The notes beneath the pieces were generated by a model that ran no database searches, had not been told where the DNA came from, and saw nothing but the letters and a program-made list of their open reading frames with translations. Made by a program: the position numbers and the translations under genes. From Candidatus Omnitrophota bacterium (GTDB lineage: Bacteria > Omnitrophota > Gorgyraeia > Duberdicusellales > 4484-171), in assembly GCA_021735445.1 (NCBI GenBank), contig JAIPHA010000006.1, forward strand, positions 1 to 57,493: DNA of 57,493 nt. The letters run 5' to 3'. Positions 17,327 to 26,368 of this stretch are shown piece by piece (position 1 is the first letter of the stretch; each line of letters opens with the position of its first letter).

Positions 17327-19357
17327 TTAGGCATTTAACGGCAGGAATATCTCAGCCTTAGCCCCTTTATGGAGCTTGCTTTTAATTGACAACTTCCCTT
17401 GGTTGTTCTCAACTATCATTTTACACATTGCAAGGCCTAAGCCAGTCCCCTTACTATCTCTTTTGGTAGTAAAGAAGGGTTCGAATATTTTAGCTAAATT
17501 CTGCTCCGGGATGCCTTCTCCTGTATCCGTTATCTCAACTACGCAGCTATTTTTGCCCTTTAACTCCTTGGGGCTGGATGCCTTGTAAGCTTTCACCTTA
17601 AGCTTTCCCCCCTTGGGCATAGCTTCTATAGCATTAAGGAATAGATTAAATAAAACCTGTTGAATCTGGTTTTTATCCCCAATTACCCCTTGGGAAAAGT
17701 GCTTAACCTCATTAACTATTTTTATATTTACAAGTGAAACCTTATAGCCAAGCAAAGAAAGAGTTTCTTCGATTAACTTTTTTAAATCAATAACTTCATT
17801 TTTCCTTGCCGAAGGCTTTGAAAAGGTAAGCAAATTCTGTACTATTTTATTTGCCCGCAAGGTAGAACCCTTTATTTTTTCCAAAGCCATCACTATGCTC
17901 TTGTCCGAATTAACAATCTTTCTCTGGAGAAATTCTACGCCCCCGAGAATAACTCCTAAAGGGTTTTTAACCTCGTGGGCTATACCAGAAGCAAACCTTC
18001 CTAAGGCGGCAAGTTTTTCAGATTGCACCAGATTGCTTTGAGCTTTTTTTAATTTCGAATAAGCTTCTTTTAAAACCTTATTTTTAGAGAGGCGTTCCTC
18101 CTCTCTGCCTATAGCTGAAACAATCCTTTTTAGGTGTTCCTGGCCCTTCCTGCTTGGAATAAAATCTACTTGGTAAAAACCATAAACCACTCCTATAGGC
18201 TTTTCTTGGAGTTTAACTACCGAACCGACACAGGTGATAAAATCATTGCGGGCAATATTGAGATTTTTCTTTATATATTTAGTTTCGGTTAACCCTCTTA
18301 TAACTATGAGCGGCTGCCGGCTATTTATGATATCTTGGCCGATAGAATCCTCTGCCTCCCGGTCATCGTAATAACGAGGAGGCCTATATTGAGCAAACGA
18401 AGTTAAAACGCCGGTTGCAGGATTATGCTTTTTATAAAATGCGCAAGAACTTTCTGAAACTTCCCCGTATAAATGGAGTAATTTTTTAATATTTTCTTCG
18501 GGGTTCCCGACAAGCCCGCAGAGGCACTTATTTATCTCGGTAGTTTGACCCAACTCCTGCTTGCGCTTCATTCCTAAAGCCATAGCGTTAGCTGCGTCCA
18601 TAAGGTATTGATCAGATTTTTGCGTCCTCCTGCTTCCGGGGGCCAAAATAAATTCAATTACTCCCAGTAAATTACCCTGATTCATCAAAGGAATGCAGTA
18701 ATGACTATGTTCCTTAAAATTCTTTTTGTCTGAGAAAAAAGGGCAATTCTTATGATTTTCAAAAAAACGGATGGCCTTTTCTTGAGCAGCTTCTCCGCAA
18801 ATACACTTTTGAAAGCTTATATTTTTACACTCTTTAGATAAAGAAGAGGGCATATTGTAGGAATTTTTAAAGGTGAGAAAATTAGGCTGGTTTGCGCCAG
18901 AAAAAAATACTGCGCCAACACAATTAATAAAATGTTTTTCCGAAACGATCAAAGCCAAGGCAAGCTTGGTAAATGTTGCCGAAGAAATACCGCTAAATGA
19001 TAATTTTAATATAGAATTGGTCACCTTGTAAACAAAACTCTGGCCGGAAAAATCAACATTTTCTCTGGATTTTTTTTTGCTTTCCCCCATCCTGTTAAGT
19101 TCTGATCTTATTTCGGGAAGATATTGCTTTAATTCATTGTCTTCTTTTTTTACCGCCGCTTTCTGCCTATCTTTACCAAGCTTTGATAATAGATACAGAT
19201 TGCCCAATAAAATAAAAAATAGACCGGCAAAGCGTAAAGCAAGCTCTCTGAAATCAAGGGGGAAAAATGCCTGAAGATAGCTGTTTACACCTACAAATAA
19301 AGATGAAAAGGAGAGAATAATCCAATAAAACAAAATTAAAATAATAGTTACAAACAT
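17327..19357 (-). CDS. Membrane-bound sensor histidine kinase with GAF-like domains (NtrB-like HisKA/HATPase)
   Basis: Two N-terminal TM segments, GAF-like regions, LVQSEKLAALG..ASGIAHEVKNPL H-box, N-box NLFLNA, DTGEGI, FEPFFTTK, GTGLGL. Confidence 0.92.
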   Translation of the reverse strand: MFVTIILILFYWIILSFSSLFVGVNSYLQAFFPLDFRELALRFAGLFFILLGNLYLLSKLGKDRQKAAVKKEDNELKQYLPEIRSELNRMGESKKKSRENVDFSGQSFVYKVTNSILKLSFSGISSATFTKLALALIVSEKHFINCVGAVFFSGANQPNFLTFKNSYNMPSSLSKECKNISFQKCICGEAAQEKAIRFFENHKNCPFFSDKKNFKEHSHYCIPLMNQGNLLGVIEFILAPGSRRTQKSDQYLMDAANAMALGMKRKQELGQTTEINKCLCGLVGNPEENIKKLLHLYGEVSESSCAFYKKHNPATGVLTSFAQYRPPRYYDDREAEDSIGQDIINSRQPLIVIRGLTETKYIKKNLNIARNDFITCVGSVVKLQEKPIGVVYGFYQVDFIPSRKGQEHLKRIVSAIGREEERLSKNKVLKEAYSKLKKAQSNLVQSEKLAALGRFASGIAHEVKNPLGVILGGVEFLQRKIVNSDKSIVMALEKIKGSTLRANKIVQNLLTFSKPSARKNEVIDLKKLIEETLSLLGYKVSLVNIKIVNEVKHFSQGVIGDKNQIQQVLFNLFLNAIEAMPKGGKLKVKAYKASSPKELKGKNSCVVEITDTGEGIPEQNLAKIFEPFFTTKRDSKGTGLGLAMCKMIVENNQGKLSIKSKLHKGAKAEIFLPLNA

Positions 19358-19485
19358 AAGATTATTTATTGATCTCTATTGCTTGGTAAATATTATACTA
19401 TAGAATATTGAGAAAAAAAGAGCTAAGAAGGATAAGATTATTAATTTTTCCTTGTATAAATAAAAGAAGAAATTACAATAATCTT

Positions 19486-20142
19486 ATGCTAAGAAGATGG
19501 GCGGTAACCGCAAAAAACCTCTTTTTCCCTTTAACTTGCCTAAACTGTAAAGCTAAAATAAGCGGGGAGTACCTTTGCCGCAACTGCCAAAATCAAATAA
19601 AATTCCTTACTCCTCCCGGCTGCTATAGCCAAATAGAGATAAATCAAAATAATCTTAAAGTAGCCAGCAGTTACAGCTACCAAAATCCGATCAAAACCTT
19701 AATCCATCTTTTTAAATACAGCAATTATGATTACCTGGCCCCCGCGCTTGCAAAATTAATGATTGAGCAATTAGATAGAATAGGGTTTAAACCGCTAAAT
19801 TATGATTTTATAACACCTGTCCCTATCCACCCCTACAAAATAAAGATAAGAGGTTACAACCAATCAAAACTGTTGGCCAAACAATTAGCAAACTATTTTC
19901 AATTACCCTTAAAAGATGATATAATAAGCTCAAAATATATTAAAAATTCCCAAACCAAACTTTCCTTAGAAAAACGAAAAGAAAATGTATCTGGAAAGTT
20001 TACAGCAAAGAATAGCGCTAAAAACACAAATATACTCTTGGTTGACGATGTCTTTACAACCGGCGCTACAATTTTAGCCTGTGGAAAAGCTCTCTGGGAA
20101 AAAGGCGCAAATAAAATTTATGGAATCACTTTAGCTAAATAA
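19486..20142 (+). CDS. comF: ComF family (zinc ribbon plus phosphoribosyltransferase-like) competence protein
   Basis: FP..CLNC...LCRNC, PVPIH, RGYNQS, LLVDDVFTTGAT; start trimmed to ATG 19486. Confidence 0.88.
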   Translation: MLRRWAVTAKNLFFPLTCLNCKAKISGEYLCRNCQNQIKFLTPPGCYSQIEINQNNLKVASSYSYQNPIKTLIHLFKYSNYDYLAPALAKLMIEQLDRIGFKPLNYDFITPVPIHPYKIKIRGYNQSKLLAKQLANYFQLPLKDDIISSKYIKNSQTKLSLEKRKENVSGKFTAKNSAKNTNILLVDDVFTTGATILACGKALWEKGANKIYGITLAK

Positions 20143-20160
20143 CCAAAATACCGATAAAAA

Positions 20161-21270
20161 ATGCGAATATTACGTACCTATATTTTAAAAGAATTTTTAA
20201 CTGTCTTTACTTTCTCGTTTTTGATAATAAATATATTCTTCTTAGGCGGCAGCCTTTATAAAATATCAGATATGATAATAAGAAAAGGAATTCCGGTCTT
20301 GTCGGCATTCAAGATATTTTATTTCATCGTCCCGAGAATTTCAGAATATACTATCCCTCTCGCTTTTTTATTTGCAATACTTCTAACTATCGGAAGATTA
20401 ATAGTCGACAATGAATTAGTGGCAATCCAAAGTTCGGGAGTATCGCTGATCAAAATTTTTTCCATGTTTTTGTTGATTGGTTTAATCTTTTCGCTTTTTT
20501 TGCTCTTTTTAAAAAGCAAAGTTATCCCCGATACTCATTTTCGTTACCATACTCAACTAAAAACTACTTATTCGAAGAATCTGCCGGCGCTTATAGAACC
20601 CGGGGTTTTCTTAGATGATTTTAAAGACCATATTCTCTATGTTACCGATAAAAATAATCAAAATTTAAAAAATATCTACATCTATAAAACCAACAAAGAA
20701 GAAGATATAACTGAGATAACCTTCGCAAAAAGAGGTAAATTTGTCGTAGACAAAAATATATTAAAAGTAAAGCTTGAACAAGGTTTCCGTGATATGACTA
20801 ATGCCAGCAACGCAACCGGCCCCTACCGGCTTAATTTTAAACGTTTTTTTATGGACCTGCCGATTCAAAAAGACAAAGAAACAATAATCAAAAAAAAGCC
20901 TAAAGACATGCGTTTAGAAGAATTGCAAAAAAAAATAAATACCCTCCGGAAAAAAATCCCCGATAACAATAAAGCAGAAATTCCTTTCGAATTTTTATCA
21001 GAATTTCATCGCAGAATAAGCTTTTCTTTCGCCCCGCTTGCATTTGTTATCTTAGGATTTGGAGTTTCGATGATAATAAAACACAGAGAAAAATCAATAA
21101 ACTTCATCGTAGCAGCCTTGACCGCAGGTATTTACTATTTATTCTTCCTTCTTGGTGAAACCTTAACCCAATACCATATCCTGCCGCCTCTTTTGGCTAT
21201 GTGGCTGCCTAATATAGTGGTAACACTGGCAGGTATTTTCCTTTTTTACAAATATGCGAATTTTAGATAA
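20161..21270 (+). CDS. lptF: LPS export ABC permease, LptF/LptG family
   Basis: MRIL..YI..E, GRL..DNELVA..SSG.S, periplasmic domain, EFHRR, AMWLPN. Confidence 0.85.
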   Translation: MRILRTYILKEFLTVFTFSFLIINIFFLGGSLYKISDMIIRKGIPVLSAFKIFYFIVPRISEYTIPLAFLFAILLTIGRLIVDNELVAIQSSGVSLIKIFSMFLLIGLIFSLFLLFLKSKVIPDTHFRYHTQLKTTYSKNLPALIEPGVFLDDFKDHILYVTDKNNQNLKNIYIYKTNKEEDITEITFAKRGKFVVDKNILKVKLEQGFRDMTNASNATGPYRLNFKRFFMDLPIQKDKETIIKKKPKDMRLEELQKKINTLRKKIPDNNKAEIPFEFLSEFHRRISFSFAPLAFVILGFGVSMIIKHREKSINFIVAALTAGIYYLFFLLGETLTQYHILPPLLAMWLPNIVVTLAGIFLFYKYANFR

Positions 21271-22339
21271 ATATATTTTAAGAAATATTATACTTTCTTA
21301 TTTATTCATTCTTTTTTTATTTACCGGCCTGCACATATTAATAGACCTGTTTTCTACCCTTTCTGATATATTGCAAAATAAACCTTCTTTAATTATCGTT
21401 GCCAAATATTACCTTTTTTACCTACCGCTGATAATTTTAAGAGTAAGCCCTTTGGCCCTTTTGATGAGTGCGCTCTATACCTACAGTAATTTAGCTAAAA
21501 ACAACGAATTAATAAGTATCCGCACCTCAGGGATAAGCACCTTAAGAATTGCCTATCCGGCTATCTTCCTTGCTCTTTTTATATCTTGTTTTGTTTTTTT
21601 CCTTCAGGAAAAAATACTTATAAAGTCACAAACACAAATGCAGAAGGTAAAAACCCAATACATTGAAAAAGAAACTAAAAAGTCGGAAATAAGAAACTTG
21701 GCCTTTAGCTCAGGAAATTCCCTTTTTTTTATTGAAGTATTCCTGCCGCAAAAAAATAAATTAAAAAATGTAATAATTTTTAAACAAACCAGCGAAGGAA
21801 AACTTTTAAAAAAAATTCATTGTAAATCGATACAATACCAAGAACAAGGATGGATAGGCTACAATATAGTAGAAACCAACTTAGAAAGCAGAAAACAACA
21901 AAGACAAGCGCCTCTCATTATAGAAAAAAAGCCTATTGCTTTAGCAAAAAAACCAAATGAGCTCATATTCGAAAAAAGCATGTTCATCCAATTTTCCCCG
22001 CTCAAAAAGATAAAAGAACAAATCAATGATCTTAAAAAAATCACCAGGGGAAAACTTCTTAAAAATCTAAAAATTGATTTCTATAAAAAAATAGCTTCCC
22101 CATTTTCCCACTTATTCTTAATTATCGGCTCTCTGCCGGTTGCCCTGGAGATAAAAAAAAGAAAGGCTGCCTTCGCAGCGGTAGGGGTAGGATTGATTTT
22201 TTCACTTGTCTATTCTTTAACTGATTCAATCAGCATCGCTTTAGGTAAATCGGGAATGATTCTTCCCTTCTTTTCCGCCTGGTTAGCGCCGCTTTTTTTT
22301 CTCAGCATAGGAATAACCGGCTTATTTCTAATCCGTTGA
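21254..22339 (+). CDS. lptG: LPS export ABC permease, LptF/LptG family
   Basis: MRILDKYI, L.KNNEL.SIR.SGIS, KIASPF, AWLAP; tandem with lptF. Confidence 0.85.
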   Translation: MRILDKYILRNIILSYLFILFLFTGLHILIDLFSTLSDILQNKPSLIIVAKYYLFYLPLIILRVSPLALLMSALYTYSNLAKNNELISIRTSGISTLRIAYPAIFLALFISCFVFFLQEKILIKSQTQMQKVKTQYIEKETKKSEIRNLAFSSGNSLFFIEVFLPQKNKLKNVIIFKQTSEGKLLKKIHCKSIQYQEQGWIGYNIVETNLESRKQQRQAPLIIEKKPIALAKKPNELIFEKSMFIQFSPLKKIKEQINDLKKITRGKLLKNLKIDFYKKIASPFSHLFLIIGSLPVALEIKKRKAAFAAVGVGLIFSLVYSLTDSISIALGKSGMILPFFSAWLAPLFFLSIGITGLFLIR

Positions 22340-23446
22340 TTTGTTTAAATAATAACGGGGGATTTCTCTGGATATACGGGTTACGATTTCATAAGGAATA
22401 GTTTGGGCCCAAGAGGCTAAATCTTCGGCTTTTACCTCTTTATCCTGATCTTTGCCAATCAAGGTGACAACATCTCCCTTCTTGATTTCTTTATCTTGCC
22501 CTAAATCAATCATAATATGGTCCATGCAAACCCGGCCGGCAATACTAAATATTTTACCTTTAATCAACACTTTAGCGCAATTTGATAAAGCCCAGGGGTA
22601 TCCATCAGCATAACCAACCGAAACCGTCGCTACTCTTGTCTTTTTTTTAGCGATAAACTCCCTTCCATAACCTACTGTTTTGCCGGGGAGAATCTCTTTT
22701 ATAAAAATTATTTTTGCTTTAAAGCTTAAAACCGGTTTTAATTCTACCCTCAAATCAGCAGAAGGTTTAATCCCGTAAAGGATAAGCCCCGGCCTAACCA
22801 TATTTAAATAAGAATTGGGATAATTAACTACCCCTAAGCTATTTGCGCTATGGTAATAGTTAAAATCTATGCTTTTTGTTTTTAAATCCTTAATTAATTT
22901 TCGAAAAATATTTAACTGCCGGTTGGTAAAATTAAAATTAGTATCGGCTGCGGGAAAATGAGTGTAAAGCCCTTCTAATGAAAGCCAGGAGAATTTTTTT
23001 AATTTTTCCAGGAAAGGGTATATTTGATCCGGGTAAAAACCAAGCCGGCCCATGCCGGTATCTACCTTTATGTGGACGGGGACGACCTTTTTAATTTTTA
23101 AAGCTTCGCGGTTTAATTCCCGGGCAAAACTTAAATCCGCAACAGTGGGAGTTATGCCAAAACGGATAAAAAAAGCGGCCAACTCTTTAGAAACTATGCT
23201 AAGTAAGATTATCTGGCCCCGGTAACCGTCTTCCCTAAGCTGTATAGCTTCATTGATCCCGCCTACCCCAAAAGCGTCAACACCTTCTTCATAAAGCTTC
23301 CGGGCTACCTGAATAATCCCGTGGCCATATGCAGATTGTTTTAAAACAGCCAAGATCTTTACGGAACTGCCTACAATACTTTTGATCTTTCCGATATTAT
23401 CAGAAAGCGCTCCTAAATCGATATCAACCCAAACCTGACGGCGCAT
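22328..23446 (-). CDS. alr: Alanine racemase
   Basis: AVLKQSAYGHG, HIKVDTGMGRLG, VRPGL.LYG, VGYADG, GRVCMD, TIPYE. Confidence 0.96.
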   Translation of the reverse strand: MRRQVWVDIDLGALSDNIGKIKSIVGSSVKILAVLKQSAYGHGIIQVARKLYEEGVDAFGVGGINEAIQLREDGYRGQIILLSIVSKELAAFFIRFGITPTVADLSFARELNREALKIKKVVPVHIKVDTGMGRLGFYPDQIYPFLEKLKKFSWLSLEGLYTHFPAADTNFNFTNRQLNIFRKLIKDLKTKSIDFNYYHSANSLGVVNYPNSYLNMVRPGLILYGIKPSADLRVELKPVLSFKAKIIFIKEILPGKTVGYGREFIAKKKTRVATVSVGYADGYPWALSNCAKVLIKGKIFSIAGRVCMDHIMIDLGQDKEIKKGDVVTLIGKDQDKEVKAEDLASWAQTIPYEIVTRISREIPRYYLNKSTD

Positions 23447-23452
23447 ATTTTC

Positions 23453-24112
23453 CTACTTTCTTTTTCTTACCTGGCAATCTATCGAATGCAGGTATAACGG
23501 TTTTAATTTTTCTAAATTGCAACTTATTTTATCAAAATTATTATTATCAATAAAGTATTTAGCTCGAGGGTATATATCTTTTTGATAGAATCTAATATTT
23601 TTTTTAACCTCTTTGGCCTTTTTGCGCAAATGAGAATCATAAGTTATGAATAAATACTCTTTTCCTTCCTCCAGGCAATCTTTTAATTCCATCAGCTTAA
23701 GCCTGGATTTTTGCCGTAATCCCTTTTTGCCTGAAATAAAAAATCCGGCATAAACAAGATTTTTTTTAGCGTCGGCAATAACAGCGATTTTTTCTTCCCG
23801 GTGCCTAAAAGGATAAGCGCAAGAAAAAAAACTATTTTGTGAAAATACAGGTTTTTTGGCTACCAAAGCAAAAGCTTTAACTATACTAAAAGAAATACGC
23901 AAGCCGGTAAAAGAACCCGGGCCCGAGCCTATCGCAAAAAGATCAAAATCTCTTATTTGCATCGATAGCTTTTTAAGAGTTTTTTCTAATTTAATGATAA
24001 AAAAAGACGCTCCTCTATCAATAACCCGGTCATATTGATAAATGAGGCTGTCATTTTTTACAATACTATAAGATAACTTTTTTGATGAGCAATCCAGCGC
24101 TAATATATTCAT
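23453..24112 (-). CDS. tsaB: tRNA t6A biosynthesis protein TsaB
   Basis: ILALDCS, GPGSFTGLRI; adjacent to tsaE. Confidence 0.9.
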   Translation of the reverse strand: MNILALDCSSKKLSYSIVKNDSLIYQYDRVIDRGASFFIIKLEKTLKKLSMQIRDFDLFAIGSGPGSFTGLRISFSIVKAFALVAKKPVFSQNSFFSCAYPFRHREEKIAVIADAKKNLVYAGFFISGKKGLRQKSRLKLMELKDCLEEGKEYLFITYDSHLRKKAKEVKKNIRFYQKDIYPRAKYFIDNNNFDKISCNLEKLKPLYLHSIDCQVRKRK

Positions 24113-24552
24113 AATCCTATTTTTAGGTTTCTCTTATAACCTTTTTGAGAAAATAATAGTTTTCTTTTTTCCATATTTATAAAAGAAAAATCAACTATAA
24201 AATATTTTTCTAAATAAGGCTCTATTTTTTTGCCCCATTCAATAATCGAAATACTATCTTTACCATATAAATATTCTTCGATATCTATAGAGCTAAGACT
24301 TTTCCTATCGAGCCGGTATAAATCTATATGATTCACTAATATCTTGCCGGCTTTATACCTTCTAACTAAGGTAAATGAGGGGCTTAAAACTAACTTTTTA
24401 TAACCTAAACCCTCTAGCAGGCCTTTTACAAATACAGTCTTGCCTGCGCCTAACTGCCCTTTTAGCAATACTATATCCTGTTTTTCTAAAAACTTAGAAA
24501 ACTGCTTACCTATCTCTTTTGTCTGGGAAACAGATTTTGAAATTACTACCAT
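24109..24552 (-). CDS. tsaE: tRNA t6A biosynthesis ATPase TsaE
   Basis: LKGQLGAGKT, SPSFTL, HIDLYRL, IIEW. Confidence 0.95.
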   Translation of the reverse strand: MVVISKSVSQTKEIGKQFSKFLEKQDIVLLKGQLGAGKTVFVKGLLEGLGYKKLVLSPSFTLVRRYKAGKILVNHIDLYRLDRKSLSSIDIEEYLYGKDSISIIEWGKKIEPYLEKYFIVDFSFINMEKRKLLFSQKGYKRNLKIGL

Positions 24553-25580
24553 TTAATTAATTTCTTAATATTTTTTTTATAAGGCGGATATACTACCCCC
24601 TTATCAGTTATAATCGCCGTAATCAGCCCTGAAGGAGTAAGGTCGAAAGCAAAATTAAGAGCTTTTGTTTCAGCCGGGCAAATGAAAGCCCCGCCTAAAA
24701 CTTTTTTTACTTCCGCTCCGTCTCTTTTTTCAATAACTATATCTTCTCCTTTTTGTAAGCTTAAATCAAAAGTGCTTTGGGGCGCCGCGACATAAAAAGG
24801 AATATTATGATAATCAGCTAAAACAGCTAAATTATAGGTGCCGATTTTGTTAGCGGTGTCCCCGGACGCAGCAATTCTGTCGGCGCCGACAATAATACTA
24901 TCTATCATTTTCTTTTGCATCAAAAACGCGGCGCTATTGTCGGTAATCAAAAATGATTTTATCTTTTTTTTACGTAATTCCCAAGCGGTTAAACGCGCTC
25001 CCTGAAGAAGAGGGCGGGTTTCGTCGATATAAACTGTTGGATTTTTCCCTTGTTGCTTTGCTTTAAAAATTACCCCCAAAGCTGTCCCCTGGCCCGAAGT
25101 AGCTAAAAATCCTGTATTACAATGTGTTAAAATATTTTCGTCGTTTTTTAGCAAAGCTGCGCCGAAATCTGCCAGCTTTTCACAAGTTGAAATATCTTCT
25201 TGATGGATAAGCTTAGCTTCTTTTATAATTATTTCCTTAATCTCTTTAACGGTTTTACTTTCATTTTTAGAAACAACCTTATCCAGCCTGTCTAAAGCCC
25301 AGAACAGGTTCACTGCGGTTGGCCGGGCTGTTTTAAGAAAATCAAAAGATTTTTTCAGCTGTTTCAAGAAAAAAAATTTTCTTTTCGAAAGAGCATCTAA
25401 ATGTATGCAAATACAATAAGCGGCAAAAACCCCAAGCAGCGGCGCGCCTCTTACCCTAAGGCTTTTTATGGCTTTCTGCCCAGATTGAATTGTTGTAAGC
25501 TCCCGCCAGACTTCTTGGCCGGGGAGCTTTGTTTGATCAAGATAGAATAATTTTTTATTTTTAAATTTTATTGATTTCAT
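24546..25580 (-). CDS. mtnA: Methylthioribose-1-phosphate isomerase
   Basis: LDQT.LP, VRGAP, RPTAVNL, LTHCNTG.LAT, DETRPLLQGARLTAWEL, ANKIGTY. Confidence 0.95.
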   Translation of the reverse strand: MKSIKFKNKKLFYLDQTKLPGQEVWRELTTIQSGQKAIKSLRVRGAPLLGVFAAYCICIHLDALSKRKFFFLKQLKKSFDFLKTARPTAVNLFWALDRLDKVVSKNESKTVKEIKEIIIKEAKLIHQEDISTCEKLADFGAALLKNDENILTHCNTGFLATSGQGTALGVIFKAKQQGKNPTVYIDETRPLLQGARLTAWELRKKKIKSFLITDNSAAFLMQKKMIDSIIVGADRIAASGDTANKIGTYNLAVLADYHNIPFYVAAPQSTFDLSLQKGEDIVIEKRDGAEVKKVLGGAFICPAETKALNFAFDLTPSGLITAIITDKGVVYPPYKKNIKKLIKW

Positions 25581-25582
25581 TC

Positions 25583-26368
25583 TTACCTCATCTTTTTAAA
25601 AACTTTTTCTATATTAACTAAAACCTTATCTTCCAAGTCTTGACTGGAAATATTTTTAGCCTCTGACGCATAAGAATAAACCGACCTTATATCCAAAGGG
25701 CTGGAAGGCCTGCCCTCAACTCTCATGTAAGGAGAATCTGTTTCTAAAAGCAAGTTCTCCAGGGGGCACTCTTTTAAGGATTTTATAATTTTCTTATTCC
25801 CTCTTAGCAGATTAAGCGAAAAGGAAACAAACCCTCCTCTGTCTACCACCTCCTTTAGGAAAAGGGGAGAGTAAGAGAAGCAATGGAAAACTACATTCCG
25901 ATAGTCAGAGAAATAATTATCTAAAATAGCCAAAATCCTCGGCAATTTCGGATACTTACTGCTATACCAATTACTTTTATCTAAGCGGTGATGAATCAAT
26001 ACAGTTAAATCATTTTCTTTTGCCAGCTCCAGCCACTTTTGCAGTATTTCCTCCTGGCCGGCAAGCGGCATCTTTGCCTTGTAATCCAGGCCAATCTCCC
26101 CTAAGGCAACCACTTTATTGTTTCTTTTTAGAATATTTTTATATTCTTGATAAATTTCAAAAGAAAAATCATTATAGTAAAAAGGATGAAAACCCAAAGA
26201 ATTGTATACAAAAGAATGCCTTTTTGAAAACTGGAAAGAATTCCGGCTGGTTTCTAAATCTATGCTCGAATCGACGATTTTATTACCGGTAGCAATAAAC
26301 CAATCAGAGACTTTACCGGTAATATTTTCTGGTAATGAATTAAAATGACAATGCGCATCAACTAACAT
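25583..26368 (-). CDS. tatD: TatD family DNase
   Basis: DAHCH, GFHP, GEIGLD, HCFS, LLETDSPY; metG-tatD synteny. Confidence 0.9.
   Translation of the reverse strand: MLVDAHCHFNSLPENITGKVSDWFIATGNKIVDSSIDLETSRNSFQFSKRHSFVYNSLGFHPFYYNDFSFEIYQEYKNILKRNNKVVALGEIGLDYKAKMPLAGQEEILQKWLELAKENDLTVLIHHRLDKSNWYSSKYPKLPRILAILDNYFSDYRNVVFHCFSYSPLFLKEVVDRGGFVSFSLNLLRGNKKIIKSLKECPLENLLLETDSPYMRVEGRPSSPLDIRSVYSYASEAKNISSQDLEDKVLVNIEKVFKKMR

Noticed and set aside
19408-19485. Longer ComF start
   Set aside because: The extension lies over the divergent promoter region; family-like sequence begins at Met 19486
19486-22339. comF-lptF-lptG as an invertible segment
   Set aside because: Orientation is opposite to neighbours, but no flanking inverted repeats or recombinase are seen and lptG overlaps the alr 3' end
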